Assembly (NCBI GenBank): GCA_050015335.1
Contig: JBEKBP010000021.1
Location: 18,319-82,318, forward strand
Source of the DNA: Candidatus Acidiferrales bacterium
GTDB taxonomy: Bacteria; Acidobacteriota; Terriglobia; Acidiferrales; UBA7541
DNA length: 64,000 nucleotides
Reading direction: 5' to 3'
In this document: positions 1-9,123 of the stretch, in pieces
Layout of the letters: each line of letters starts with the position of its first letter
Position numbering within the stretch: the first letter of the stretch is position 1
Translations under genes and position numbers: made by a program
The notes under the pieces: model-generated
What the model was told of the DNA's origin: nothing
Seen by the model: only the letters and a program-made list of their open reading frames with translations
Databases searched by the model: none

Positions 1-2
1 AC

Positions 3-2291
3 GGAGGCGGCCTCAGCTCCATTTTTGTGAACACCAATACCCTGACGGCGCTGGTTTCCGCTTCGTTGATTGAGAATCCGGGAACGGCAAACATAGAGGT
101 ATCGACGCCGACGCCGGGCGGAGGGCTAACCCTTGCGGTAACCTTCACGATCAATCCTACGGTAAGCCCCACGCCTTCGATTTCGTCGACGTCACCGTCT
201 TCGGTGCTCGCGGGCTCGGCGGCATTGACCCTTACGGTGCTCGGAACAAACTTCGTGCCGCTTTCGGTGGTGAATGTGGGCAACACGCCTCTGCAAACTA
301 CCTACGAGGGCCCGACTTTTCTGAAAGCCACTTTGCCGGGAAGCAATCTGGCGACCGCGGGTAGCCTACAGATCACCGTGGTGAACCCGGCCAATCCATC
401 GCCCGGAGGCGGGAGCTCCAATCCCTACTCCTTCAACATTAACAATCCGGTGCCAAGTATCACGGCAGTGAGCCCGGCGGCCATTGCTGCCGGGGGAACC
501 GGGACTACGCTTTCCATTACCGGTTCCGGGTTCGCGGCGAACTCCGAGATTCTGGTAAATGGCGTGGCCTACATGACGGTCGCCACATACACAACGGCCG
601 TCGCGAATCTGAACTCTGGCGACCTGAGCGTCGGCGGAATCGATTTAATCCAGGTTTTCAATCCGGGACCCGGTGGGGGCACATCGAACACGCTGACTCT
701 GGCCGTGGACCCGATCGATACGGCCGGCTTGCCGATCCTGGTCGACTACGCGCCCGACGGCACACAGGCTAACAGCGGAATCTGCGGCGGCCTCCTGAGC
801 TGCCAGAACGGTTCCCTGGGCCTTACTCTAACGACCTCGGGACCGTCCAGCAGTTCGACGGGGGAGTTTGTCGCTTTCGCGTCGATTTCAAGCAACCTGG
901 TTGTGAATCAGTCCAGCGCGGCTAGCCAGATTTTTGTGCGCGACACGTGCCTGGGCCAAAGCTGCACGCCGCTCACGTTTCTTGCGAGCGTCGCTTACAG
1001 CGGAGTTGCGGCCAACGGTGCCAACTCCGAACCCTCGATGGACAGCAGCGGCGGGAGCATTGTCTACACGTCGCTTGCGACCAATTTGGTGGATTACGTT
1101 CCCGTCAACGGGGGCACACGCCAATTATACTGGCAGCCCGTGTGCAGGCCGATTAGTGCCGGGAGCAGTTCGAACGGTTCGGTTGCGACTTGCACCACCG
1201 CGACGACGACCACGACCTCCAATGGTTCCAGCACAACTCCGACGAATCAGATCGTGCTTGTTTCGGTCGGGGCCGATGGCAGCGCGGGCAACGGTGACAG
1301 CTATAATCCCGTGCTGAGTCCGGATGGGCAGTTTGTCGCCTTCGTCTCCCTTGCCACCAATCTGGTTTCTGGAGCTACGGTGGATGGCGTGACACCGCAG
1401 GTGTATCTCCGCACGCTATGCGGCGGTGTAACCCCACTTACAGAAACCCCCACCACCACAACGACCACGACGACATCCGGATGCGCGCCGACGACCTATC
1501 TGGTTTCATCGCCGGAGGGTATCACCCCCGGCAACGGCCCCAGCTCGCATCCGGCGATCTCAAGCGGCGGAACCTACGTTTCCTTCGTCTCGTCGGCAGG
1601 CAACCTTGTGGGAGGCCAGAACCCACCCCTGGCCAATCCGCAGATTTTCGAGCAGTATGAATGCCAGCTCACAGGGACCGGTTGTGTGCCGGCCATGGCC
1701 ATCATTTCTTCGCCGGATGGAACAACTCCGGCAGGCGGCATCAACTCGCAGCCTGCCATTTCCTACGACGGCCGCTTCGTCGCCTTTTCCTCCACGGCCA
1801 CCAATCTTGGCGTTGCTTCAGGCGGCATCCAGCAAATCTATGTGCGCGACACATGTACGAACGCTTCAGCCACGACTACAGCGGCGTGCGTACCTTCGAC
1901 CCGGTTGGTTTCTACACCCGATGGGACTACGCCTGGAAACGGACTGAGCGAGAGCGCAAGCATAAACCAAGACAGCACGGGTTCGGGACAGTTGATCGCC
2001 TTCGCTTCGCTGGCGCCCAATCTCTCCGCGAATGCGGCGAACGGCATTGAGAATATTTACGTGCGGAATACCTGCAATACGATTGTGTCCTCCAGTTCTG
2101 CCTGCGCTCCTGGAACCGCTCTGGTAAGCCAGGCGGCCGGAACCTCTCCCCCCGCCTCCAATGGCAGCAGCTATGCGCCTTCGATCAGCGCCGACGGCCA
2201 CACCGTCAGCTTCCTCTCTTTTGCGAGCGATCTGGTGGCGCACGACTCAAACGGGCTCGAGGACGTTTTCCTATCGTCTACAACATTCTAG
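3..2291 (+). CDS. Surface protein with IPT/TIG-like repeats followed by PD40/TolB-like beta-propeller repeats (5' partial; frame open to window edge)
   Basis: The reading frame has no stop from nt 3. The N-terminal part has repeated modules ending in NP.PGGG.SN. The C-terminal part has repeated S.DG..V.F.S.A.NLV units. Poly-Thr linkers are present. Stop is TAG at 2289-2291. Confidence 0.6.
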   Translation, partial: GGGLSSIFVNTNTLTALVSASLIENPGTANIEVSTPTPGGGLTLAVTFTINPTVSPTPSISSTSPSSVLAGSAALTLTVLGTNFVPLSVVNVGNTPLQTTYEGPTFLKATLPGSNLATAGSLQITVVNPANPSPGGGSSNPYSFNINNPVPSITAVSPAAIAAGGTGTTLSITGSGFAANSEILVNGVAYMTVATYTTAVANLNSGDLSVGGIDLIQVFNPGPGGGTSNTLTLAVDPIDTAGLPILVDYAPDGTQANSGICGGLLSCQNGSLGLTLTTSGPSSSSTGEFVAFASISSNLVVNQSSAASQIFVRDTCLGQSCTPLTFLASVAYSGVAANGANSEPSMDSSGGSIVYTSLATNLVDYVPVNGGTRQLYWQPVCRPISAGSSSNGSVATCTTATTTTTSNGSSTTPTNQIVLVSVGADGSAGNGDSYNPVLSPDGQFVAFVSLATNLVSGATVDGVTPQVYLRTLCGGVTPLTETPTTTTTTTTSGCAPTTYLVSSPEGITPGNGPSSHPAISSGGTYVSFVSSAGNLVGGQNPPLANPQIFEQYECQLTGTGCVPAMAIISSPDGTTPAGGINSQPAISYDGRFVAFSSTATNLGVASGGIQQIYVRDTCTNASATTTAACVPSTRLVSTPDGTTPGNGLSESASINQDSTGSGQLIAFASLAPNLSANAANGIENIYVRNTCNTIVSSSSACAPGTALVSQAAGTSPPASNGSSYAPSISADGHTVSFLSFASDLVAHDSNGLEDVFLSSTTF

Positions 2292-2546
2292 GGTTCAGGC
2301 TGTATGGGCAGGGTGAATGACAGCTGCAGAGCCGATGTGTCTGGATGTGGCCTGGAAAAAATAACAAGGGAGATGGACGGGTTGGGGAGCGTGCCCGGCT
2401 CCTTTTCTCGGAAACCGTTGTCCCCGCGTTTGCAGCTCCCAACCCGCACATCCAATGGTGGGGTGCGCGCCGGAATGCAACGATGGCTCGAAAGATATAT
2501 TTTCAGGGTACCGTGGTTCCAGTACCCCCGGGAACGGGTGTGCGGA

Positions 2547-2888
2547 CTAGGGCTTTGGGAACGGGATTCGCAAAGTGACTTGAGTGGCCTTCTTCGAGCG
2601 GATGGGGATGCGCTTCGCCCAGTCCGAACAGGAACCGTTCGAACAGGCGCGGACGTCGTATTGGCCGACAAGGAAACGGCTGAATGAGAATTGACCAGTC
2701 CCGTCGGTGCGTGTGGCGTGGGGATGCTGGCCGTCGGAGGTTTGAATGGTCACAGCCGCGCTAGCAACTGCTCTGCCGCGGGCGTCGATGACAGTTCCTT
2801 CCAGGGCTCCGAGCGCGGTCCTGGCGTTTGAGGCAGCAGGCAAAACACCCATCAAGAAAAGGGCGAGAACTGGGCGCAAGATCTTCAT
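2547..2888 (-). CDS. Small secreted carboxypeptidase-regulatory-like (CarboxypepD_reg) domain protein
   Basis: ATG at 2888 gives MKILRPVLALFLMGVLPAASNA, a signal peptide, followed by G.V.D..G..V..A.V....DG......TD..G.F.F..L..G.Y. Confidence 0.6.
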   Translation of the reverse strand: MKILRPVLALFLMGVLPAASNARTALGALEGTVIDARGRAVASAAVTIQTSDGQHPHATRTDGTGQFSFSRFLVGQYDVRACSNGSCSDWAKRIPIRSKKATQVTLRIPFPKP

Positions 2889-3116
2889 GACCGATTTCAA
2901 GGCTATTTTAGCGCTCGCAGCGGGAGGTTTTTCCGCGAGTTGGCCAGATTTGTTCACCAAGTGCAACCTGTGCGGATGGACAGACAGCCCGGGTAGGCAT
3001 CCCTTCTACGGGAAAAAGCTTGGGTGAGTCGGTGAGTCCACCGATTTGCTTCTCAGCAATGAGCGGGTATATTCGGTTGGCGGACTCACCGTATCACCCG
3101 CTTGAACAGGAGCCCC

Positions 3117-3380
3117 ATGGCTCGATACCTCTCACAACACACGCTTGCCTGCCTAACGCGCCAGGGAGCCGACGAACTGGCCCGGCGCTTGTCCGATGGA
3201 AAAGAAATCGCTGCGAGGCGTGTCCTGGTCAACATGCACGAAGGAAAAATGCTGGTGGAATTCGACGCGCCCGGGCGCGACCAGCTCGAGCAGTGGCTGG
3301 CGGCGCAGAAATTTCATTTCGACTGGCTGTTGCGGATTGAGCTTGAATCGGTCGGGGACAAGTTACAGCCGGTCGGCTAG
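3117..3380 (+). CDS. DUF4242 (SCO4226-like) small protein
   Basis: AGGAG at 3108-3112 precedes ATG 3117. The product MARYLSQHTL...VNMHEGKMLVEFDAP resembles the DUF4242 family. Confidence 0.5.
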   Translation: MARYLSQHTLACLTRQGADELARRLSDGKEIAARRVLVNMHEGKMLVEFDAPGRDQLEQWLAAQKFHFDWLLRIELESVGDKLQPVG

Positions 3381-3401
3381 AGCTAGAGAAGAAAACTGCA
3401 A

Positions 3402-3436
3402 GCGTGAGCGCATCGCCCTGGACGATGCGCCCACGC
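3402..3436. terminator. Hairpin between convergent genes (possible bidirectional terminator)
   Basis: GCGTGAGCGCATCG (3402-3415) pairs with CGATGCGCCCACGC (3423-3436), giving 14 bp with 1 mismatch. T-rich sequence follows on the plus strand. Confidence 0.45.
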
Positions 3437-3452
3437 TTGGTTGCTTCGGTTT

Positions 3453-4316
3453 TTAGTTCCCGCTCGAGGTTGCCGGCTCCCCAACGGGTTTGGGCACGCT
3501 GAGGTAGCCAGCCACTTTGTTCTTCCCAACCTGATTGATCACAATCTCCATCGGCCGATGGGCTCCATGGGCATAGAAGAAGATCGGCTCATTGATGCTG
3601 CGATTGCGCTTTTCGGTGCGCGCATCATCCACGATGATCGCTAGGTTGCATTGGGCCTTCTTGGGATCGGTGCTCTTGAGCTCGACGGTAATGTCACCTA
3701 CCTTTTGAGGAGTGTTCCTGGCCGCAACGGTGAACTCGATATAGTCGCGTTCGCCCAAACGCCGCAAGGTTTCGATGTCGTCATGGTTCTTGGCGATGAG
3801 CGTTCCCATCTCGCTGCGCGCCATCTGCAGATCCTTCTTGGTGCTGTCGAGATCAGTGCGGACAACGGTTACCTGGCCGCTGACTTGCTTTACGTCGTCA
3901 TTGCTGGCTTTGGTGGCGAGCTGGCCGTTGACCTCGCTGTTCATGACCTGGAACTGCTTGGTTTCATCGTCACGGATCTGCTGGGCCTGGTCCTGGGCTT
4001 CCTGACGCGCCTTCTTGAGCTGCCCCTGGGTGATCTGCAGCCGCTTGGTCACGACGCTAAGGTCTCCCATCAGGTCCGCGTTGGTCTTCTCATTCTGCGC
4101 CAGGCGCTGCTGGAGCGAGTTCACGTCGGTGGTATAGCTCTGCTTCACGGCCTGAATGTCGCCATTCAAGGCTTGCCGGCTATCCTGCGCATAGCTTAAA
4201 CCCTTCCACCCCACTCCCAGCCCGACCGCTGCAAGCACTGCTACCAATGCGATCACAGGGACTACCCATGCAGGCTGTCCTTCCTGCACAATCGCCGGTC
4301 CCGTTTGGTTGGTCAT
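3453..4316 (-). CDS. Membrane-anchored coiled-coil protein (hypothetical)
   Basis: GGGAGGGAGA SD lies before ATG 4316. There is one N-terminal TM helix (WVVPVIALVAVLAAVGLGVGW), then a Q/K/D-rich heptad-like region. Confidence 0.55.
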   Translation of the reverse strand: MTNQTGPAIVQEGQPAWVVPVIALVAVLAAVGLGVGWKGLSYAQDSRQALNGDIQAVKQSYTTDVNSLQQRLAQNEKTNADLMGDLSVVTKRLQITQGQLKKARQEAQDQAQQIRDDETKQFQVMNSEVNGQLATKASNDDVKQVSGQVTVVRTDLDSTKKDLQMARSEMGTLIAKNHDDIETLRRLGERDYIEFTVAARNTPQKVGDITVELKSTDPKKAQCNLAIIVDDARTEKRNRSINEPIFFYAHGAHRPMEIVINQVGKNKVAGYLSVPKPVGEPATSSGN

Positions 4317-4562
4317 CTCTAGAGTCTCCCTCCCATAGAATTTCGGCTTGAAACGGCCCGCGTGTGACATGCACGGAGCTCACCAACAAGCGATTGACGC
4401 ACAGTTGCGTACATGACTCCGCGGACGCCACTTAACGGGTCCGCACGCAAAAGGCCGTTTTCTACACGGACAGTCGGTGGCGAGTTTTTACGCGCTTCGT
4501 GTCGATTGTTCACCCCCCCGAGCTGCTTGAGGGCGACACAAACGCGAAACGCGGGCGAAATA

Positions 4563-4591
4563 TTGCTGTTTGGGGCGTCCGGGTGTATCCT
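4563..4591 (+). promoter_or_regulatory. Sigma70-like promoter TTGCTG-17-TATCCT for the polycysteine leader ORF
   Basis: -35 is at 4563-4568 and -10 at 4586-4591. The -10 ends 8 nt before ATG 4600 and there is no SD, so this looks like a leaderless-type start. Confidence 0.4.
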
Positions 4592-4599
4592 CTGGGCTT

Positions 4600-4689
4600 A
4601 TGAAGATCGGCTACCAGAGGTGTGGCTGCGGTTGTTGTTGTTGCCGCTGCACGATGATGTCCTCTGGCAGGGGCAAGCTGGGCGCCTAG
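4600..4689 (+). CDS. Polycysteine leader peptide, 29 aa: MKIGYQRCGCGCCCCRCTMMSSGRGKLGA
   Basis: ATG 4600 to TAG 4687-4689. Seven TGT/TGC codons lie within 4621-4650. The ORF is embedded in a long hairpin, followed by a terminator, and upstream of the rhodanese gene. It is below the ORF-track size cutoff. Confidence 0.5.
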   Translation: MKIGYQRCGCGCCCCRCTMMSSGRGKLGA

Positions 4690-4717
4690 AACCCGACCCC
4701 AGGTACCGATTTTCGAA

Positions 4718-4751
4718 CCCACGCCAGAGCAGATTGGCTGTGGGTTTTTTT
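4718..4751 (+). terminator. Intrinsic terminator / attenuator upstream of the rhodanese gene
   Basis: CCCACGCC (4718-4725) pairs with GGCTGTGGG (4736-4744), followed by T7 (4745-4751). It lies 53 nt upstream of ATG 4805. Confidence 0.65.
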
Positions 4752-4804
4752 ATGCTTGATGGATCTCACAAGGGGAACGACAGATTTTCAGGAGAGGAAA
4801 CGAC

Positions 4805-5668
4805 ATGGCTGACTACGCGCATCCGGAAGTGCTGGTTTCCACGCAGTGGGTGACAGAGCACGCAAGCGATCCCAAGGTTCGGCTGGTAGAGGTCGATGTG
4901 GACACGACGGCGTATGAGCAGGGCCACATCGCCGGCGCGTTGGGCTGGAACTGGCAAACGCAGCTGCAGGACAACATCCGCCGGGACTTGATCGAAAAGC
5001 CGGCACTCGAGCAGCTGCTCGGGCGATCAGGCATCTCCAACGACACGACAGTCGTCCTGTATGGCGACAACAACAATTGGTTTGCCGCCTACGCGTTCTG
5101 GCAATTGAAGTATTACCGACACAAGGACGTCCGGCTGATGAACGGAGGCCGCAAGAAGTGGCTGGAAGAGAAGCGTCCGCTGACGACGGCCACCACCAAG
5201 GTAGCTCCAGCCACCTATCAAGCCACCAGCCCCGACCAATCACTCCGCGCACGCAAGGAGCACGTGTTCGCGATCGTCGACAAGAAAGGCGAAGGGCACC
5301 TGGTCGACGTGCGCTCGGTGGATGAATTCACCGGCAAGATTATCGCGCCCCCGGGAATGTCGGAAACGGCGCAGCGCGCGGGCCATATTCCCGGGGCGGC
5401 CAACGTGCCATGGGCGCAAGCGGCCAACGAGGATGGCACCTTCAAGTCAGCCGATGCGCTCCAACAGCTTTACCAAGCAAAGGGCGTGACCGGGACAGAC
5501 GAGGTGATCGCCTATTGCCGCATCGGCGAGCGGAGTTCGCACACGTGGTTCGTGCTGAAGTATTTGCTCGGGTATGACAACGTGAAGAATTACGATGGCT
5601 CCTGGACCGAATGGGGAAACCTGGTGGGCGCGCCCATCGAAAAGGAACTCGCCGCGGCTGCCCGCTAG
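4805..5668 (+). CDS. sseA: Thiosulfate/3-mercaptopyruvate sulfurtransferase (tandem rhodanese domains)
   Basis: AGGAGAGGA SD is present. The product has two rhodanese domains and the active-site loop CRIGERSSHTWF. The N-terminal MADYAHPEVLVSTQWV is typical of the CysA/SseA family. Confidence 0.85.
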   Translation: MADYAHPEVLVSTQWVTEHASDPKVRLVEVDVDTTAYEQGHIAGALGWNWQTQLQDNIRRDLIEKPALEQLLGRSGISNDTTVVLYGDNNNWFAAYAFWQLKYYRHKDVRLMNGGRKKWLEEKRPLTTATTKVAPATYQATSPDQSLRARKEHVFAIVDKKGEGHLVDVRSVDEFTGKIIAPPGMSETAQRAGHIPGAANVPWAQAANEDGTFKSADALQQLYQAKGVTGTDEVIAYCRIGERSSHTWFVLKYLLGYDNVKNYDGSWTEWGNLVGAPIEKELAAAAR

Positions 5669-5730
5669 CCTTTTATTGTAAGTCTGGGCGACTCTGACAA
5701 AAGGCTGGCTTTGCTTGGGTCAGGAAAGGC

Positions 5731-6273
5731 TCACGGGAGCACGCTGGCGGGTATTCGGTCGCGGCGCGCTTGGTCTCGGAACTCGGAGATTTTGTCCGAT
5801 ATATCGTCGCGCTTCTTGCTGAGTTCATCCAACTCGGAAGCCCAATCGTCGGCGCGAATGCTGTAGGGCCGGACGGATTTTTTCGCGTCGCCGGTCGGCT
5901 TCCCGTCGATGGCCGAATGGAGTTGCGCGATCTGCTCGTCGAGCGGCGCAATTGCGGCCTGCAGCCTGGAAATCTGATCGCGATACCAGGCCTCACTCCG
6001 TCGGGGGGGTGGCGCGGCCGCCTTCGTCGATTTCGCCGATGCCGCGCGGGAGCCGAAAGCCGAAATCTCGGTGTCATTGTGCAAATCCGATAGATTGTCG
6101 TTGGTCCAAACCTTTTTGCCCGAAGGTGGTGGCGCGGCCGGAATTTGCGTTGCCGGTGGGGAGCAATCCTGCGGCGCGGTCGACGGAGCGTTCTGGGCGC
6201 TCAAAGATAGTGCAATCCCCGCAACAGAGCACAGGGCCCAGAGAACAATCGGCAGGCAGGACCTGGCGAACAT
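5731..6273 (-). CDS. Secreted hypothetical protein (Pro/Ala-rich, C-terminal coiled coil)
   Basis: GAGG SD is 6 nt before ATG 6273. Signal peptide is MFARSCLPIVLWALCSVAGIALSLSAQ. Confidence 0.5.
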   Translation of the reverse strand: MFARSCLPIVLWALCSVAGIALSLSAQNAPSTAPQDCSPPATQIPAAPPPSGKKVWTNDNLSDLHNDTEISAFGSRAASAKSTKAAAPPPRRSEAWYRDQISRLQAAIAPLDEQIAQLHSAIDGKPTGDAKKSVRPYSIRADDWASELDELSKKRDDISDKISEFRDQARRDRIPASVLP

Positions 6274-6340
6274 GGCAAACCTCACCGAGACAGGGAGAGA
6301 TCCGGCTGCCTCTATTTTGGACCGGCCGCACGATGGAAGG

Positions 6341-7315
6341 TTATTGGATTTCCGTCATGGGTTTCGTACTTGCCAACTCATTCTGCACCAGGATCAAGGC
6401 TTCCTTGGGCGGTCCCACGCGATGATAACGGCTGGCTTCGACGATCTGGTGTTCGTCGAATGAAAAGAAGAATTTTCGGCCTCCGAAATCGTATTGGTAG
6501 CGCGTGGGCTCCCAGATTCCCGGCGCTACTTCCGCTTGTTCCATCGAGAAAACACCGCCCCGGTACACCTTGCCCAGAATTCCGCCACCAAACGAGATAT
6601 CCCGCGTGATGTGGGCCTCGCCGCGGACCAGCTGATCTGAGTCGGGATCGACCCATGCCTTGGCGCTTATGTGAGAAAGGGCCTCCTGCAACAGGGAGTG
6701 CGGGTGAAAATCCGGTTTGAGGTCCAGCTGAAAAACGTCGCACACACGTCCATTGAACGCTTCCCGGCCCAGCCATTGCGGCGCAAAAGAATCGATCATC
6801 GTGTCGATCAACTCGGCGCGCTGCTGGTTTCGCCTGTCGTACTTCTCATAGGCGCTCTTGGCCCTGGAGTCTTCCGGCCGGAGCATCAATTGAAGAACGT
6901 CTTCCCAAGCCTGCAATTGACGGCGATAGTCGGTTGGATTGGTGGGAGTGCCATTTTCCTTGAGCAGAATTTTCAGCGTTCCCGTGCCGGTGGGCACTAC
7001 TCGGAATGTCCTGTCCTCCATGACGCGCGGACTGGCGCCCCCGGTTAGATCGGCGTGCCGCTCGATGCGCTCATATTGCTTGAGGGCTTCATCATCCCGG
7101 TGCTGGTTCGTGGCAAGCCTTTGGGCGCGAGCATTGATCTCGGCCAAGGAGGGAGGCTCGGGGGGCTGATTCGGCTGCGCGGCTGCCTGGGAGGTTGCAT
7201 GTCTTGTTGTGCCCGTTTGGGCGGTAATAGCACGAGCCCCCCAATACCCGGGCGCAATAGCCGCGGATGTGATGAACCAACTTGCTAAAATCAGGGTGGC
7301 GATGTGCCCCAACAT
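6341..7315 (-). CDS. Secreted hypothetical protein
   Basis: GGGAG SD precedes ATG 7315. The N-terminus is a hydrophobic signal/anchor. The ORF is long with coding-like third-position GC. Confidence 0.5.
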   Translation of the reverse strand: MLGHIATLILASWFITSAAIAPGYWGARAITAQTGTTRHATSQAAAQPNQPPEPPSLAEINARAQRLATNQHRDDEALKQYERIERHADLTGGASPRVMEDRTFRVVPTGTGTLKILLKENGTPTNPTDYRRQLQAWEDVLQLMLRPEDSRAKSAYEKYDRRNQQRAELIDTMIDSFAPQWLGREAFNGRVCDVFQLDLKPDFHPHSLLQEALSHISAKAWVDPDSDQLVRGEAHITRDISFGGGILGKVYRGGVFSMEQAEVAPGIWEPTRYQYDFGGRKFFFSFDEHQIVEASRYHRVGPPKEALILVQNELASTKPMTEIQ

Positions 7316-7444
7316 CTCGTGGCTCCCTGGTAGGATTCCGAGGGCTGGAAGCCGGTTGCAACCTTTATTGTAACGGATTTTCGTTCCCGCGAGACCCTCT
7401 GGAAGTTACCAAGAACCTGGCAAACGGCCTGCGGGATTGGGGGT

Positions 7445-8347
7445 CTAGCGGGGAGCGCGATCGGCGAGCCGCTCGATGGCCATAGGACTGTTTGGATTTA
7501 AACGCGATTTCCCGCCGGGCGCGAGCACGTAGGCGAATCCGGCGGGATCGGCGGGAACGCCGGTTAGCAGACCGGCGGCGACCATGTCCTGAATGGAAGC
7601 AGGATCGTGCCCGAAACGCTTTGCATATTCTGCGGCCAGTTTGTCCAGGTGCGCTTGGTCGTCCTGGGCCTTCAAACTCAGCAACTGTTGTGCCGCGATC
7701 TTTTTGACGTTCGGATCCTTCGTCGATTCATACAATTCGCTCCAGATCATGCGGGAGGTCTCAATGGAACCGCCCTTTTGAGCGATGCGTGCGGCCATTA
7801 ATTTCGCCCAAACCGGCGCTGCGGGATTCTTGCTGGCCTGCCAGTAAGCAGCGGCGGCATTCTTGTAGTCCCGTACCCGCCAGTAGTAGAGAAAACCGAG
7901 GTCGGTCTGCAAACGCCATTCGCCTGGATTGGCGGCGATGCCGCGCTTGACGAGCTCGATGGCGAGGTCTGGCCGGCCGGCCCCCACTTCGCCTTGCTCG
8001 GAGAGAAAAATCGCGCCAAAGCGGTAGGCCGGCATCAGATGCGAATCCAGCGTTGTGGTGACATCAAGAAGCGGCCACAGCAAATCGAAGGTTGCCCCGG
8101 GTAGGCCAACCCTCCCACCGTAATACTGCACCGCCCGGGTCCAGTAAACGTCGGCGAGCAGGGAGTCATAGCCAAGGCTCAGATTTTTCGCTACTCGGCC
8201 GGAGCGAACAAGCAGCTCTTCCTGTTCTTTCGCGATCGTGGAAGTTTGGGCGTCTATGCGCTGCTGGAGCGCTGCGATTGCGACCAAAAGGATCGGGATG
8301 AAGGCAATCGCGGTCCAGAGAGAACGGGATTGGCCGCCGAATGTCAC
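7445..8347 (-). CDS. Membrane-anchored TPR-like protein, third gene of the ABC operon
   Basis: GTG start at 8347 overlaps the permease stop (GTGA overlap at 8344-8347). The product has one TM helix (LWTAIAFIPILLVAIAAL) and then TPR-like helical repeats. Confidence 0.5.
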   Translation of the reverse strand: MTFGGQSRSLWTAIAFIPILLVAIAALQQRIDAQTSTIAKEQEELLVRSGRVAKNLSLGYDSLLADVYWTRAVQYYGGRVGLPGATFDLLWPLLDVTTTLDSHLMPAYRFGAIFLSEQGEVGAGRPDLAIELVKRGIAANPGEWRLQTDLGFLYYWRVRDYKNAAAAYWQASKNPAAPVWAKLMAARIAQKGGSIETSRMIWSELYESTKDPNVKKIAAQQLLSLKAQDDQAHLDKLAAEYAKRFGHDPASIQDMVAAGLLTGVPADPAGFAYVLAPGGKSRLNPNSPMAIERLADRAPR

Positions 8348-9123
8348 TTGAGATTGCGCCTGGAAAATACGGCGGCGGCAGCGAGCAGGACAACCGTGAC
8401 GTAGGCACATGCATACAGCGTGTTCTGCGCGACCAATGAAAAGGGGATGGTTTCACCGTGCGCCGCGACCGCGATGGCGTTGAAATTATGAAAATTCGGT
8501 AACAGATAGTAGAGCGCCCGCATGAATCCTTTCAGCAATGGGCTGCGGGTAAGATCTCCCACCTCGCGAAGATCCGCTGCGAACGAGCCGGTTAGGTAAA
8601 TACCCAGGGTGAACAGCGTCGAGAGCATCGGCGTCGAAAAACAGGAGAAAAACAGCGCGAGCGCGGTGACCAGCGCCAACTCCAGCAGGATAAGGTAGAC
8701 TGCGACCAGAATCGAGAGATCCGAGCGCATGAACGGCCGGCCGACGTAGAAAAGCGCCCCCGCCAGACCAATCGTCATCAGGGCGGTGTTTACCGCGAGC
8801 GTCAGCAGCAGGCCCGCATACTTCCCTACGAGGAATTGCTGGCGGCCGATCGGCTTTGCGAGAAGGCTATAGAGTGTGCGCTTCTCGATTTCCTTGTACA
8901 CGAGCCCTACGCCTATGAATACGGCCATCACCAACCCGAAAAGGGAAATGGCCGAGAGCCCCAAATTGATAATTACCAGGCGGTCGATGCCGATGGAAAT
9001 CTGGCCCACGAGGATCGCCGCGCCAATCATCACCAGCGCGAAAAGCACGAGGTTGTAGAGCACGCGGTCGCGCACCGCTTCGCGAAATGTATTGATGGCT
9101 ACCACGGCCGTCAGCGCGCTCAT
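8344..9123 (-). CDS. ABC-2 type transporter permease
   Basis: Six predicted TM segments. The start ATG overlaps the ATPase stop (ATGA at 9120-9123). Confidence 0.7.
   Translation of the reverse strand: MSALTAVVAINTFREAVRDRVLYNLVLFALVMIGAAILVGQISIGIDRLVIINLGLSAISLFGLVMAVFIGVGLVYKEIEKRTLYSLLAKPIGRQQFLVGKYAGLLLTLAVNTALMTIGLAGALFYVGRPFMRSDLSILVAVYLILLELALVTALALFFSCFSTPMLSTLFTLGIYLTGSFAADLREVGDLTRSPLLKGFMRALYYLLPNFHNFNAIAVAAHGETIPFSLVAQNTLYACAYVTVVLLAAAAVFSRRNLK

Noticed and set aside
4690-4730. A tRNA/tmRNA-like TTCGAA(CCC) motif that suggests a T-arm.
   Set aside because: There is no complementary 5-bp T-stem, acceptor stem or anticodon arm on either strand. The sequence is better explained as part of the attenuator and terminator.
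4413-4853. A 146-aa ORF covering the rhodanese upstream region.
   Set aside because: It is in a different frame from both the polycysteine sORF and the rhodanese gene. It runs through a terminator hairpin and the rhodanese SD and start, and it has no protein-like features.
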